This document shows positions 35,098 to 35,627 of a DNA stretch of 35,627 bases, piece by piece (the first letter of the stretch is position 1; each line of letters begins with the position of its first letter). This DNA comes from a virus (taxonomy: Duplodnaviria > Caudoviricetes): IMG/VR virus record IMGVR_UViG_3300036987_000044, positions 1 through 35,627 of that record; one strand, written 5' to 3'. Both the position numbers and the translations under genes were made by a program. A model generated the notes under the pieces. That model was not told where the DNA came from. It made no database searches and was given only the letters and a program-made list of their open reading frames with translations.

Positions 35098-35627
35098 TTA
35101 AAATTGTGCCGCATACCAAGTACTTTCAGAACTTCTATATCTAAGTAATGCCGATTCCCCTATTGATAAAACTAAACTAGAATTGGTACCGTTTCTAACC
35201 GGTGTAATTGTAACCCAATCAAACGAATCTTTATCATTACTCACAAATAAGAATTGGCCATCAGTCGCGCCAGTTAGGGTAACTTCATAATTCACATCGT
35301 CTATATAAATGATTAAAGTGTTTTTACCACTTACAGATTGGTTCATATCGCTTGTAGGTGTTATTTCAACCTCCCCATCAAACATTATTGAGCCGGTTAA
35401 AGTGTTGTTACCGCTTAAAGCATTATTGCCACTTAGCGCCGCCGCATCTGTTATTCCATAACCGCTTAATGTTGTTGGAGTAGAACTAATCTTGCTCCAC
35501 GCTAAAGATGTTATCCAAGATGGGTTTGAATAACTACCTAATAATTCTGCGAAGTAACCATCCTTTACTCGCAATGCTTTATAAGTTGGAGTGCCACCTA
35601 GCGAGTACCATTCCAAAGTAGAACTGT
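35098..35627 (-). CDS. Tail fibre protein, 3' part (continuation of 751..1)
   Basis: Frame continuous across the terminal overlap. Confidence 0.85.
   Translation of the reverse strand, partial: SSTLEWYSLGGTPTYKALRVKDGYFAELLGSYSNPSWITSLAWSKISSTPTTLSGYGITDAAALSGNNALSGNNTLTGSIMFDGEVEITPTSDMNQSVSGKNTLIIYIDDVNYEVTLTGATDGQFLFVSNDKDSFDWVTITPVRNGTNSSLVLSIGESALLRYRSSESTWYAAQF
35589..35627. repeat. Terminal direct repeat, copy 2
   Basis: Identical to 1-39. Confidence 0.95.

Noticed and set aside
35589-35627. 39-bp terminal repeat as a biological DTR or att core
   Set aside because: It falls mid-gene and the terminase is cos-type, so an assembler overlap is the simpler explanation.
1-35627. Alternative genetic code
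   Set aside because: Core genes are full length and tightly packed under the standard code, with all three stop codons in use.

Overview
A complete, circularly assembled ~35.6 kb AT-rich lambda-like siphophage genome (bases 1-39 repeat at 35589-35627; unit length 35588 bp). Nearly all genes are on the minus strand. In transcription order they run: Cro/CII-like regulators, small early genes, an SNF2 helicase-DNA methyltransferase fusion, a replication module with iterons, NinG-like and gpZ-like genes, a lambda-type cos site, terminases, an accessory insert, gpW-like/portal/protease-capsid fusion, tail genes with a -1 frameshift chaperone, tape measure, tail tip, two fibre/receptor-binding proteins and lysis genes. 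A three-gene plus-strand immunity-type operon is present, but I recognise no integrase, transposase or partition ATPase. Three signals stand out: (1) tandem integron attC-like hairpins with extrahelical bases between terL and gpW, read through by phage genes on the opposite strand; (2) a dif-like XerCD site where int/attP would normally sit; (3) a P4 CI / P1 c4-like antisense RNA switch directly upstream of the replication genes. SD-type RBSs, sigma70-type promoters, spanin-like genes and lipoproteins suggest a Gram-negative host (Ignavibacteria-like is only a guess). All assignments come from motif reading; no searches were run.
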